From: Desulfobacterales bacterium
Lineage (GTDB): Bacteria; Desulfobacterota; Desulfobacteria; Desulfobacterales; UBA5852
Direction of reading: 5' to 3'
NCBI GenBank assembly: GCA_963674755.2
Contig: CAXXVS010000002.1
Span: forward strand, 832,001 to 896,000
Length of the DNA: 64,000 bases
The notes below the pieces were generated by a model. That model saw only the letters and a list, made by a program, of their open reading frames with translations. It was not told the origin of the DNA and did no database searches. This document shows positions 19,401 through 28,430 of this stretch, one piece after another. Position 1 is the first letter of the stretch; each line of letters begins with the position of its first letter. The position numbers were made by a program, and so were the translations under genes.

Positions 19401-22400
19401 GGCTGAGCATTTCCGTCGGGTAGCCGGTCAGTTCGCTGACCACGGACAGCAGGGCGGACGCGATCTCGCCCGAGGCCGCCGGGCTGTCGGCGCTGATGGT
19501 GACGGCCGTAACGGTTGTATTCGCAGGGGAGGGCTGGGGTGTCACCGGCCCGGCCAGATAGGCCGCCACTTGCCCAAGGGTCTGGAATTCGGCGATCATG
19601 TCCGGCGTCACCGCTGGCAAGCCCGGCAGCTTTTCTTCCACCCGGGACAGGATTTCCACGCGCTTGATGGAATCGATGCCCAGATCGCGCTCGATATGCA
19701 TGTCCATTCCCAGCATATCGACCGGATAGCCGGTCAACTCGCTGATCACCGCCAGCAATGTCCGGGATACATGCGCGCTGTCAACACCATCATCCATGGT
19801 GCCGTGGCCTGTCTCTCCGGCAATGCCGGCGTCCGGTTGATCGACATTATCCGCAGAAGACGGCGTGGAAGGTTCTTCCCGGACGGGCGGCGGAGCAGGG
19901 ATTGGGACGGAAGGCGACCGGCCGGGCTCAGCCGGAGCAGGCGCAGCAACACTCATCAGGGCGGTCCCGCGACCGCCCAGGACGGTTTCCGCAAAATGGC
20001 GGGAGCTTTCCATCATCTCCTGCAGAGTCCGGCTGGCCTGCTGCTGGGTATCCAGAAATTTCTGATGGGCTTCAACGGTTTGGGTCTGCAGGGCCTGCAG
20101 GGACTGCAAGCCCTGTTGCACCACTTGAAGGGCCTTTAAAACAGGGTGGTTGGAATCGTTCACAGGGTTGCTCACAGCGATCGGGTTAGCGCCGCCTGAC
20201 GGGGCGGCGGTATGATTCGTTAATAAGGCATCCCGTCTGTCGCGGAAAGCTTGGGCCGGAAGACTTCCTGTTTCGGAGAGAACGGGGGCATCTTCCGACG
20301 GAAGCGAAAGGGGCTTCGCCTGTACCGCTTTGGGCGGCGGGTTGACGGGTTTGGCGGACGAAACGTTCGACCCGGAAGGCCGAAAATTGGCGCCCCTGAC
20401 GGGGACCCGCATTTTGTATTGGGGCGGCGGATCGCCGGGCGCTTCCCATTCATCCCAATTGATCGGGCAGCCTAAAGCCGCCAGCTGGCACAGCAATTGG
20501 GCGAGATCGAACAGGCCGAATTTTTTACCATTGCTGGCATCCATGGCCAGGGCATGAAATTCGCGTCCTCTCAGGATGGCACGCACCAGTCCGGAAAGGA
20601 CTGTTTTAGGTCCGACTTCAACAAAGATGCGACCCTTCTCCGCATAGAGATTCTCGATCTCCCCGATGAAATCGACCGGGTTGCGCAGATGGTGTCCCAG
20701 CAGGGTGCGAATTTCAGCCGGATCTTCAGGATAAGGCTTCCCGGTGGTATTACTGTAGACCGGAATTTCGTTCGGGCGGATAGGAACGGATTGAACCGCC
20801 GCGGCAAAGGGTTCCCGCGCGTTTTCCACCAGCCGGCTGTGGAAGGCGGCGGAGACGGGCAGGCGCACCGTTCGGAGCTTTTGGTCTTGGCACACCGCTT
20901 CCGCTTGTTCGATGCTGGCGACATCGCCGGAGAGGATGCCCTGGTTGGGACTGTTGCGGTTCGCCAGGACCACATCGAGTCCCTTTTCCTCTATCAAGCG
21001 GTCCAATTGTTCCAGGGGCGCTTTGACGGCTACCATGGCCCCATTGGGTTGGCCGGGACGTCCCCCGGCCTCGGCCATCAAGCGCCCTCTCAGGGCGGAC
21101 ATGGCATGCAGGGTATCTTCGTCGATCCAACCGGCACCGTAGAGGGCGGTCAACTCGCCGTAGCTGTGTCCGCAGGTGGCTTCTGGGGTGAGGCCGAAGC
21201 GTTGCAGGATTTTTTCCATGGCCACGCTGAGTGCGCCGATGGCCGGCTGGGCAACGGCCGTATTGCGGAGGGCTTCCTCGTGATCCTGGGAATTTTCCGC
21301 ACTGTCGGGCAGAGGATAAATATAGTCCGTCAGGGCCTGCGCTTCGGAAAAATGGGTGTTGGCTGATTCCATGGCCGCCATGGCTTCTGGAAACCAGGCC
21401 ACCAGGTCGCGCCCCATGTGAAGGTATTGGCTGCCTTGACCGGGGAAGAGGAATACGACAGCGCCCGGGCATTCGCCGCTGCCCAAAAAGCTGGCGGCGG
21501 TTTGGCGGGCGGCGGCCTTTTCTTCAAAGGCCGGGGCGGCTTCGTTGAAGACGGCGTTTGTATTCCAGCAGGGTCCGGCGGTGTCTTCTTCGCGGCTCAG
21601 GATCAGCAGCAGACGATAGGGGGCCGCGGCGTCAAACGCCGTGCGGCTTTGGCGCGCCATGTGGGGCAGGGATTCCGGAGGGACGTCGGTCAACGTGCGG
21701 CGCATGGCGTGAAAGGCGGATTCCAGTTCCTCCTGTGAGGAAGCCGAAAGGGCCACGATTTCAAGGGAGCCGTCCCAGGCCACGGCGGTTCGTCGGGTTT
21801 CATATTCTTCCAGCACTACGTGGAAATTGCTTCCGCCAAAGCCAAAGGCGCTGACGCCGGCCCGGCGGGGGTGCTGTTTGGTGCGAAACCAGGGACGCGC
21901 CTGGGCGTTGAGGTAAAACGGACTCTTATCGAGCTCCAGGTCGGGGTCGGGAATGTCCGTTTTGAGCGTCGGCGGAAGAACCTTGTTGTAAAGTGCCAGA
22001 ACCGTCTTGATGAGACCGGCGGCGCCTGCCGCGGCTTTGGTGTGGCCGATCATGGATTTTACCGATCCCAGCGCGCAATGGCGCGTGGTGTCGGACGGGC
22101 CGAACAGCTCGCGGAGGGCCTGGATTTCGATTTTATCACCGACCCGCGTCCCGGTTCCGTGGGCCTCGATCAGATCGACGGAATCCGTCGTGACATGGGC
22201 TGCGGCGTAGGCCTTGTGCAAGGCCTTGATCTGGCCCTCGGCCCGGGGCGCATAGATGCCCTGGGATTTTCCGTCGCTGCTGGATCCGATCCCTTTCAAA
22301 ATCGCCAGGATGCGGTCGCCGTCCGCTTCGGCATCGGTCAGCCGCTTCATGATCAGAATGCCGATGCCTTCACCCAGAACCGTGCCGTCCGCCTTCTGGG

Positions 22401-23202
22401 AAAAGGGGCGCGCGTCACCGGAAGGAGAAAGAATCTGCGTGCGGGCAAAGCACATATGCATGAAAATATCGTTCAGGGTGTCCACCCCTCCGGTGACCAC
22501 CATGCGGGCGCGTCCGGTATACAATTCCATCAGGGACAGATTGATGGCGCTCATGGAACTGGCGCAGGCCGCATCCACGACACAATTGGTGCCCCCCAGG
22601 TCGAGACGGTTGCAGATGCGGCCGGCCACCACATTGCCCAGCAGTCCTGGAAAGGAATTTTCCTGCCAGGCCGGGTATTCGCCTGAAAGCCGCGCCATGA
22701 CGTCTTCTGCCTTCTCAGGATCGACTCCGGCAGCTTCCAAGGCACGCTTCCATTTGGGCCAGCTCAGCCGGGAGCTCAGTGGGATGACGAGTTCCTGGGT
22801 ACCGGTAACCCCTAAAATAACGGCGGTTTGATCGCGATCGAAATCAGCGCCATCACCATAACCGGCCTGTTCGAGGGCGGTTTTGGCGGCCATGAGTCCC
22901 AGGATCTGCGAGGTGTCAGTGGCTTCCAGGTTGGAGGGCGGGATGCCGAAGGCGGTGGGGTCGAAGGGCACCGGAGAGAGGAATCCGCCGCGACGGCAAT
23001 AAACGTGGTCGGGCTTACGGGGATCCTCGCTAAAATAATCCTCTAACGACCAATGGGACGGGGGAACTTCCGCAATGGCGTCCTTGCCGTGATAGAGCAG
23101 GTGCCAAAAGGCTTTCAGCCCGGAGGCATGGGGAAAGAAACAGCCGATGCCGATAATGGCGACCGGCGGCGCGCTGAAGAATTGCGTTTCATTGACATCC
23201 AT
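16408..23202 (-). CDS. pfaA: PfaA-type PUFA synthase subunit: KS-MAT-ACPx3-KR-DH
   Basis: DAACASS/HGTGT/GHTK KS; GHSYG and AFHS malonyl AT; three LGIDSIKRVE ACPs; GGARGVT/YAVAN KR; HRLDGKPVVP DH. Confidence 0.92.
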   Translation of the reverse strand: MDVNETQFFSAPPVAIIGIGCFFPHASGLKAFWHLLYHGKDAIAEVPPSHWSLEDYFSEDPRKPDHVYCRRGGFLSPVPFDPTAFGIPPSNLEATDTSQILGLMAAKTALEQAGYGDGADFDRDQTAVILGVTGTQELVIPLSSRLSWPKWKRALEAAGVDPEKAEDVMARLSGEYPAWQENSFPGLLGNVVAGRICNRLDLGGTNCVVDAACASSMSAINLSLMELYTGRARMVVTGGVDTLNDIFMHMCFARTQILSPSGDARPFSQKADGTVLGEGIGILIMKRLTDAEADGDRILAILKGIGSSSDGKSQGIYAPRAEGQIKALHKAYAAAHVTTDSVDLIEAHGTGTRVGDKIEIQALRELFGPSDTTRHCALGSVKSMIGHTKAAAGAAGLIKTVLALYNKVLPPTLKTDIPDPDLELDKSPFYLNAQARPWFRTKQHPRRAGVSAFGFGGSNFHVVLEEYETRRTAVAWDGSLEIVALSASSQEELESAFHAMRRTLTDVPPESLPHMARQSRTAFDAAAPYRLLLILSREEDTAGPCWNTNAVFNEAAPAFEEKAAARQTAASFLGSGECPGAVVFLFPGQGSQYLHMGRDLVAWFPEAMAAMESANTHFSEAQALTDYIYPLPDSAENSQDHEEALRNTAVAQPAIGALSVAMEKILQRFGLTPEATCGHSYGELTALYGAGWIDEDTLHAMSALRGRLMAEAGGRPGQPNGAMVAVKAPLEQLDRLIEEKGLDVVLANRNSPNQGILSGDVASIEQAEAVCQDQKLRTVRLPVSAAFHSRLVENAREPFAAAVQSVPIRPNEIPVYSNTTGKPYPEDPAEIRTLLGHHLRNPVDFIGEIENLYAEKGRIFVEVGPKTVLSGLVRAILRGREFHALAMDASNGKKFGLFDLAQLLCQLAALGCPINWDEWEAPGDPPPQYKMRVPVRGANFRPSGSNVSSAKPVNPPPKAVQAKPLSLPSEDAPVLSETGSLPAQAFRDRRDALLTNHTAAPSGGANPIAVSNPVNDSNHPVLKALQVVQQGLQSLQALQTQTVEAHQKFLDTQQQASRTLQEMMESSRHFAETVLGGRGTALMSVAAPAPAEPGRSPSVPIPAPPPVREEPSTPSSADNVDQPDAGIAGETGHGTMDDGVDSAHVSRTLLAVISELTGYPVDMLGMDMHIERDLGIDSIKRVEILSRVEEKLPGLPAVTPDMIAEFQTLGQVAAYLAGPVTPQPSPANTTVTAVTISADSPAASGEIASALLSVVSELTGYPTEMLSLDMDVEADLGIDSIKRVEILSALEDRIADFPAIAPDEMAELKTLEQIANRLQSVGDPSQTAAPDATGNAPSAAAGALSEQVHAALLAVVSDLTGYPVEMLSRDMDIEADLGIDSIKRVEILSAMEDRLPDRPAIAPDEMAGLKTLGQIAAVLAGSAPHSPTPSPPKETSAEPLSVTPAGETEILPVATLSRRRLTAVKTAHHPGQPLALPRDRKVFITTDKTGLSHALADQLSAQGLSTVQISIDILKHREQLPEAAGLILLADVDEAVGAAARSKAFLEDAFGLTHYLAPSLQASAAAGGAFLATVSRLDGTFGVEGLSNQPPQQGGLAGIAKTAAIEWPGVSCHALDIASGWRDNPAIARRVVAELLHPAPDAPVEVGLGPEDRVTLALASAPLGSRHDSGRNLESGDVVVISGGARGVTAAAAEALARRWKPTLILLGRSPEPFVEPEWLNGITVESELKKAVIAHDFESVRPTPQAVEKACRRYRANREIKTHLERIRSMGADVRYFPLDIRNADRVRAVLNDVRLVHGPIKALIHGAGVLRDRLIAEKTPEEFHEVFTTKVEGLENLLAATQEDPLSHIVLFSSVAARFGNIGQVDYAVANEVLNKMAVAEASRRANCVVRAINWGPWDGGMVDAFLKKVFLEKRIALIPLDQGAQAVVAEMDAGNREGVEIVIGSELSAAQGNQDPLSTAAIPSGTAEAENSRGLSTIFISELNLERYPILDHHRLDGKPVVPFALMAEWFGHGALHNNPGLQLTGLDDMRLLKGIVLGDRQRRPIRVLASPARSNGGGVMIDLELRDGLEEGAEVIHSRATALLADHLPSPPDFTIPAALQDDNDQRDVAQVYRDILFHGGALQAIRQVHVCNAHGMRAELLTAPEPAAWIQKPPRNRWIADPLVMDGAFQMASLWCYDQTGRVSLPSYTAAYRQYCRKFPPTAIQVVLVVKDASRYKLVGDFSFLDQEGRVLAELTGYEAVMEDRLMRAFKPQHYAAGG
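18945..19770 (-). repeat. Three tandem ACP-coding repeats within pfaA
   Basis: Three roughly 220-nt units about 300 nt apart, each encoding LxxVxSxLTGYPxxML...DLGIDSIKRVEILS; boundaries approximate. Confidence 0.85.
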
Positions 23203-23453
23203 GGATCGATTCCTGAAAACCCAAGCGGATGCATCGATTCCCGAACAGCCGTCATCGCCACCGGCGATGGTGCCGAAGGTCGCTCTTGACGGGCCGGCTG
23301 GCGTTGATTCGCTGTCAGCGGCCGCTTATGGCATATCGGTGTACGATGCAAGCGGGTATGCCCCGCCCATTGTCTCCTGCCGTTTGGCGGGAACAATGCT
23401 TAGCTCGATTCGGATATACGCCGTGTGCGTATGTGAATTCAATTCAAAGCTTT

Positions 23454-23507
23454 ATTTTATAAGGTAAAATGCTAAAGATTGCAAGACCCTATCGGTAGTG
23501 GTATGGT
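23454..23507. promoter_or_regulatory. Candidate divergent sigma70 promoters sharing a palindromic -35 TTGCAA (23479-23484)
   Basis: Plus strand: TTGCAA-17-TATGGT with extended TG. Minus strand: TTGCAA-17-TATAAA (or -19-TAAAAT). Confidence 0.5.
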
Positions 23508-23540
23508 TGTTCTATTGGCATAACAAGAGGACAAGATATC

Positions 23541-24098
23541 ATGCTGAAATACTTTCTAAATCGCGAATTGGCGATGCGCCTTGACATCCCGTTGAGCCGC
23601 TGGAAGCGATGGTCGCGGGAATTTTTGCCGCCGGATCCGCTGGGGGGGCTTCAGTCCGGTTTTGCGCGTCAATACAGCATCCGGGAGGCTTTTGTGGTTT
23701 ATCTGGCCGGCTATCTCGTATCGTCCCAGGCCTATTCCATTCCCGAGGCCCGGCAGATTTTGCATGACCTCACCGCCTGGCTGCAAAAAGAAGTCATCGA
23801 TCCTTGTTGCGCGGCCGCGGAGACGGGATCTGAACCGACATCGCAAGGATGCTGTCTTGAGTTGATGATCATTCCGGTCCAGCGCAACGGCTTCCCGGCC
23901 TTCAGTTACAGGGCCCGCCGGCTGCTGGATCGCAGGCGACTTGGTGTCGCTGACGAAGCGGAACTCTGGCAGGAGCAATACCGGGAAAGCATTTTAAAGC
24001 CAGGCAAGCCGGCGCCGTCAGGATGTTATCCGATTTGTGGCGGATGGGTGGCGCTATCGGTCCTGGCCGACCATTTTTTCGAACGACTGTCCCCTTGA
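23541..24098 (+). CDS. Hypothetical protein with an N-terminal HTH-like (MerR-like) segment
   Basis: NRELAMRLDIPLSRWKRWSREF...ARQYS resembles a MerR-type winged HTH; AGAGGA RBS. Confidence 0.55.
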   Translation: MLKYFLNRELAMRLDIPLSRWKRWSREFLPPDPLGGLQSGFARQYSIREAFVVYLAGYLVSSQAYSIPEARQILHDLTAWLQKEVIDPCCAAAETGSEPTSQGCCLELMIIPVQRNGFPAFSYRARRLLDRRRLGVADEAELWQEQYRESILKPGKPAPSGCYPICGGWVALSVLADHFFERLSP

Positions 24099-24231
24099 TC
24101 GATCCTTTCGGCCGGACCATACTTGTTGGGTTGTTATATGAAGAGGACAACTAAACCTGCTATAACCTGCTGGTATAAATCGCTATTGTTCCAGTGAGAT
24201 TAATCTCGCCTGAGCCCGTTCGGTCCGCTGT

Positions 24232-25914
24232 TCAACGATCAGAGATTACTGTTTCTTCCAGAAGACCGGCAAGTTGGGCACGGGTCTGGGGGACGTATTT
24301 TTCGACCCCGGCGGGCAGCACCACCCCCTGCAGTCGAATCCAGTTGGCGCGCAGGGTGACGGCGGCTCCCAAAAGCAGGTTCTGCGCCACACCGACACAT
24401 TCCCGATTCTCCGGCTTTTCCAGGATGGAGCCTTTGGTCCATTGGTTGAAGGCGCCGATGGCCGGTCCGCACCAGATCTGGAAGTCCATCTGGCGTGAGG
24501 GGTCGCCGGCATTGGCCCATTTGGATGATTTCCCCAGATAGGCGCGAAACACCAGGGCCAGCCGGTGGTGGGGATCCTGTTCGGCGCGTGTGATCTGATG
24601 GGGATCGCGTACGGCGAAAAACTGGCGGGTCTGGTCCCACTCTGTCTCAAAATCGCATTTGAAATAATCCCGTTCCAGCATCTTGCGATCGGACGGGGGT
24701 ATCGCCTCCCATGACAGGTACTGGCGATAGTAATCGTAAAGCTTCTGCGCACGGAGGGCGAACATCGTACCGCGTTTCAAAACCTGCACACGAACGCCCA
24801 TTTCGAACATATCCGCCGAGGGGGCCATGGTTACATCGGCCTGACGGGCTTCAGCCAGCATCTGACGCACCAGATCCGAGCTTCCCGACTCACGACAGGC
24901 CTGGTTGACAGTGCCGGTGAGGATGTAGGCAGCGCCCATGGCAAAGGCCGCCGCCGCGGATTCCGGGGTAGCGATTCCGCCCCCGAGTCCAACGCCGATC
25001 GGTGTGTCGTATCCCTGTTGGACCGCGATGTCATCCCTGAGGTTCATCATGATGGGCAGCAGGGTGAGCGCCTGGCGATTATCCGTGTGGCCGCCGGAGT
25101 CGGCTTCGGCCGTAAGATCGGAAGCCATGGGGATGTGGCGCGCCAGTTGTGCCTCCTCCTCGCTGATGGCCCCTTCCTGGCGTAAGGCGGCCAGCAGTTT
25201 CTCGGGCGGCGGTGCGAAGAACTGGCGGGCCACTTCGACCCGGGATACCTTGGCAAGCACTTTGTTGGGGCAGACAATATGGCCGGCGGGGTCGCGATGG
25301 AGGCCCTTGACGCGATAGCGCACCAGGGGTTTGGTGAGCCGCAAATAGGCGGAGGCACTGATGCAGCGCACCCCGCGCCGCAGATAGAGGTCCACCACGG
25401 CCGCTTCGTGGTCGGGTTCGTGGGGGCTGTGGATCAGGTTGAATCCATAGGGGCGGTCCCCGAGGGCGGATTGGATCTGGTCGATGGCCTCTTCGATGGC
25501 GGCCAGGGGCATTCCGGCCGCGCCAAAGAAAGCGATCATGCCGGCCTTACCGGCGGCCGTGACCATTTTGACCGAGGTGATACCGTTGGCCATGGCGCCC
25601 ATGACATAGGCGTAGCGCAATCCGTAACGCTCACGAAAGATGCGGCTGCCAAGGCCGGCCGGCGGCAAGGGGGGCACATAGGCCTTGAGGGGATAGCTGC
25701 CGACAGGGTCCGGCGCTGTTCCAGCCTGGGGATGGAGCACAACCTGACCGTCGTGACTGACGGCCAGGCCACCATCTTTCTCGACGATGTAAAGGGGTCT
25801 TTGCACGTCTAAGAGAGCGGCCTCAATGGCATAGCGGCTGTCTTCCGGTTCTTGGCCCGGCGAGGGGCGCCACCAGCCGCTGATGGACGGCAACGGATCA
25901 CAGAGCGGTTGCAT
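24232..25914 (-). CDS. pfaD: PfaD flavin-dependent enoyl reductase
   Basis: GAMANGI, AEADSGGHTDNR, GTVNQAC, APSADMFEMG, DFQIWCGPAIGAFN. Confidence 0.93.
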   Translation of the reverse strand: MQPLCDPLPSISGWWRPSPGQEPEDSRYAIEAALLDVQRPLYIVEKDGGLAVSHDGQVVLHPQAGTAPDPVGSYPLKAYVPPLPPAGLGSRIFRERYGLRYAYVMGAMANGITSVKMVTAAGKAGMIAFFGAAGMPLAAIEEAIDQIQSALGDRPYGFNLIHSPHEPDHEAAVVDLYLRRGVRCISASAYLRLTKPLVRYRVKGLHRDPAGHIVCPNKVLAKVSRVEVARQFFAPPPEKLLAALRQEGAISEEEAQLARHIPMASDLTAEADSGGHTDNRQALTLLPIMMNLRDDIAVQQGYDTPIGVGLGGGIATPESAAAAFAMGAAYILTGTVNQACRESGSSDLVRQMLAEARQADVTMAPSADMFEMGVRVQVLKRGTMFALRAQKLYDYYRQYLSWEAIPPSDRKMLERDYFKCDFETEWDQTRQFFAVRDPHQITRAEQDPHHRLALVFRAYLGKSSKWANAGDPSRQMDFQIWCGPAIGAFNQWTKGSILEKPENRECVGVAQNLLLGAAVTLRANWIRLQGVVLPAGVEKYVPQTRAQLAGLLEETVISDR

Positions 25915-25957
25915 GATATCGATTCCCTTTCGGCCTGATCGTTTCGGAAAGTTGCGC

Positions 25958-25987
25958 AATCTAATGGAAAACGATTTCTCCTGTCAA
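25958..25987 (-). promoter_or_regulatory. Candidate sigma70 promoter of pfaD
   Basis: TTGACA-18 nt-TAGATT on the minus strand. Confidence 0.5.
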
Positions 25988-26031
25988 GGGACGGGGCAAG
26001 GCGCCTTATTAGCGATCACCCGTGGGAGAGT

Positions 26032-26952
26032 TCATGAACGGGGGTGGTATTGATGATGAATACTCTGGAGGCGTTCCATGGAAACATGGGTATAGATTTG
26101 GGTCGTGGCGATATCGGCGTGGCCCAGCATTGTCTGAACCACACGCAGGTCGGCCCCGCCCTCGAGGAGATGGCTCGCAAAAGAATGGCGCAAAGTGTGG
26201 GGGCTGACCGGATGTCGAATACCAGCCTGCAGGGCGTATTTTTTGAGAAGCTTCCAGAAGCCCTGGCGCGACAGAGGGTGACCGCGACGGGCCACAAACA
26301 GGAACACGCTGGTTTCCCCCTTCAGCATCAGGGGGCGGGCCTGGTTCAGGTAGCGGGTCAAAACGCTTAGCGCCGGCCGGCCGATGGGGACCACCCGTTC
26401 CTTGCCGCCTTTGCCGAAGACCCGAACGAAGCCGGCATCGAAATTGAGATCCGGAATCTTCAGGCGAATGAGCTCCGATACCCGCAAGCCCGCCGCATAG
26501 AGGAGTTCAAGCATCGCAGCATCCCGCAGTCCGGCGGGACGGTCCACGGGGGGAGCGGCCAAAAGGGCCTGAATTTCATGTCCGGATAGAACATCCGGTA
26601 AATGGCGCCCGGATTTGGGAAGCTCGATCAGGGCGGCCGGATCGTGGGGCAGGATATTTTCCTGGTGCAGAAAGCGGAAAAACCCCCGCAGCGTGACGAG
26701 ATGGCGCGCCCGGGAGGTCGGGATAAGCCCGCGGTTGCGCAGATGGATCAGGTAGCCTAGAATAGCCGTTGCGTGGATGTCCTCCAGCCCTAAGAGGCCC
26801 TGATCCGCCAGATAGCTCATAAAGCCGTGCAAATCACGGCTGTAGGATTCCAGCGTGTTAGGGGAGAGCCCCTTTTCAACGGTGAGGTAGGACAGGTAGT
26901 GGTCGATCCAGCGATCGCATTCTGAAAAACGAGACGTATCCTTCTGGTTCAT
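26032..26952 (-). CDS. xerD: Site-specific tyrosine recombinase XerD
   Basis: LYAAGLRVSEL, GKGGKER, SPHTLRHSFASHLL, LRVVQTMLGHADIATTQIYTH, YHPR C-terminus. Confidence 0.93.
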   Translation of the reverse strand: MNQKDTSRFSECDRWIDHYLSYLTVEKGLSPNTLESYSRDLHGFMSYLADQGLLGLEDIHATAILGYLIHLRNRGLIPTSRARHLVTLRGFFRFLHQENILPHDPAALIELPKSGRHLPDVLSGHEIQALLAAPPVDRPAGLRDAAMLELLYAAGLRVSELIRLKIPDLNFDAGFVRVFGKGGKERVVPIGRPALSVLTRYLNQARPLMLKGETSVFLFVARRGHPLSRQGFWKLLKKYALQAGIRHPVSPHTLRHSFASHLLEGGADLRVVQTMLGHADIATTQIYTHVSMERLQSIHHQYHPRS

Positions 26953-27013
26953 AGAGCTGATCCATCCGGCTTTACAACCACTTGTTTTTTGCGGCGGGTT
27001 GCGGTGGGCATCC

Positions 27014-28153
27014 TCAGGGGAGTGTCAGGCTGAAGCCGTCGAGATCAAGCCCGTTGAGGATTTCAGCACCGCCGGCCGCCACCACCGCCTGATTCTCCAG
27101 GCGGATGCCCCCCCAGTCGGGCAGATAGATGCCGGGTTCGACCGTGACGATCATGCCCGCCTCCAGGACGTCTTCGCTATGCGGGCCCAAACGCGGCGCT
27201 TCGTGGATCATCAGACCGGTGCCATGCCCCAGACTGTGGCCGAAATGGTCGCCGAAGCCCGCATCCTGTATAATCTGGCGTGCGACCGCATCCACCGTCT
27301 TACCGTGGGCACCGGCTCGGAGGGTTGCGGCGGCCGCAGTCTGGGCTTCCCGGACGATGGCGTAAAGCTTGATGAACTGCTCGTCGGGGTTTCCGAAGAC
27401 GACGGTTCGGGAAATATCGGAGCAATAGCCATCGACCCGAGCGCCCCAGTCCACCAGCACCGGCTCACCGGTTTGGATCGGTCGATCGCCCGGAACGGCA
27501 TGGGGCTTGGCGCTGTTGGGGCCCGCCGCCACGATGATCGGAAAGGAGGGGCCTTCGGCGCCGCCCTGGCGCATCAGATCTTCGAGCTGGCGCGCCACGG
27601 CGGCTTCTGTCATACCCGGGCGGATCCATTGACACAATTCCCGGAACGCCCTTTCGGCGCAGGCGATCGCCCGTCGGGTCATGAAGATTTCTTCGGGATC
27701 CTTGCATGCGCGCAGGGATTCGACCTGATTTTCAGCGGCCACCAGGACGATCGCAGCAACTTCCTTTTGGAGGCGGGTCAGCAGTTCCTGGTGGAGCTTG
27801 ACAGTCATGCGGGCGCTTTCAAACCCCACCCGCCGGGCGCCTGCCTGTCGCAACAACTGGGGCAGGGCTTCGTATAGGCTCTTGCGGTAGCAGACGACCT
27901 CAAATCCCGGTGCTTCCTGACGGGCCTGCAGATCGTAGCGCGAATCGGTGGCCAGGAGGCAGGCCGAGCTGGTGATCAACAGGGCACCCGCGGTTTCATC
28001 GAACTGGCCGTCCTCGGCATTGTAGCCGCTCAGATAACGGCGGTTGGCATCGATCAGGACCAGAAAGGCGTCCAGGTCCAAATGGTGCATTTTGGCGCGC
28101 AATCCTTCTATGCGCTGCTCGTTGGGGGACAATGGGGATGTGTTTGGCGTCAT
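27014..28153 (-). CDS. Xaa-Pro aminopeptidase (M24B)
   Basis: DWGA..GYCSDISRT, HSLGHGTG..IHE, TVEPGIY, GIRLEN; start moved to ATG 28153. Confidence 0.9.
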   Translation of the reverse strand: MTPNTSPLSPNEQRIEGLRAKMHHLDLDAFLVLIDANRRYLSGYNAEDGQFDETAGALLITSSACLLATDSRYDLQARQEAPGFEVVCYRKSLYEALPQLLRQAGARRVGFESARMTVKLHQELLTRLQKEVAAIVLVAAENQVESLRACKDPEEIFMTRRAIACAERAFRELCQWIRPGMTEAAVARQLEDLMRQGGAEGPSFPIIVAAGPNSAKPHAVPGDRPIQTGEPVLVDWGARVDGYCSDISRTVVFGNPDEQFIKLYAIVREAQTAAAATLRAGAHGKTVDAVARQIIQDAGFGDHFGHSLGHGTGLMIHEAPRLGPHSEDVLEAGMIVTVEPGIYLPDWGGIRLENQAVVAAGGAEILNGLDLDGFSLTLP

Positions 28154-28430
28154 GGCATTACCGTGTTCTTCCTTATTCAATGGGGGCGGTATCGTCTCCG
28201 CTGGGGTTGCTCCTTCTTTACATGGAACCCGCAGGAAAAAGCAAGCGGGGACACCGTTTCCCAAGGCGGAGAACCGCTTGAAACATTGTATGACGCGCAA
28301 TGTCCCATGGCAAAAGAGCTTGACAGTTAATACCAATTATCAAATAACCTGATCGATGCTGGACGCTTGCCAGGCTTACCAACCGATCCGGTACGAACGT
28401 GTCAACCATCAGCGCGGCGAGGTAGCGGTC

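Noticed and set aside
18945..19770. Periodic DNA repeats as a CRISPR array or mobile repeat
   Set aside because: They are in-frame tandem ACP domains of pfaA.
26032..26952. Tyrosine recombinase as the integrase of a pfa/ole island
   Set aside because: Length and motifs are those of housekeeping XerD; no att repeats or obvious composition shift were seen.
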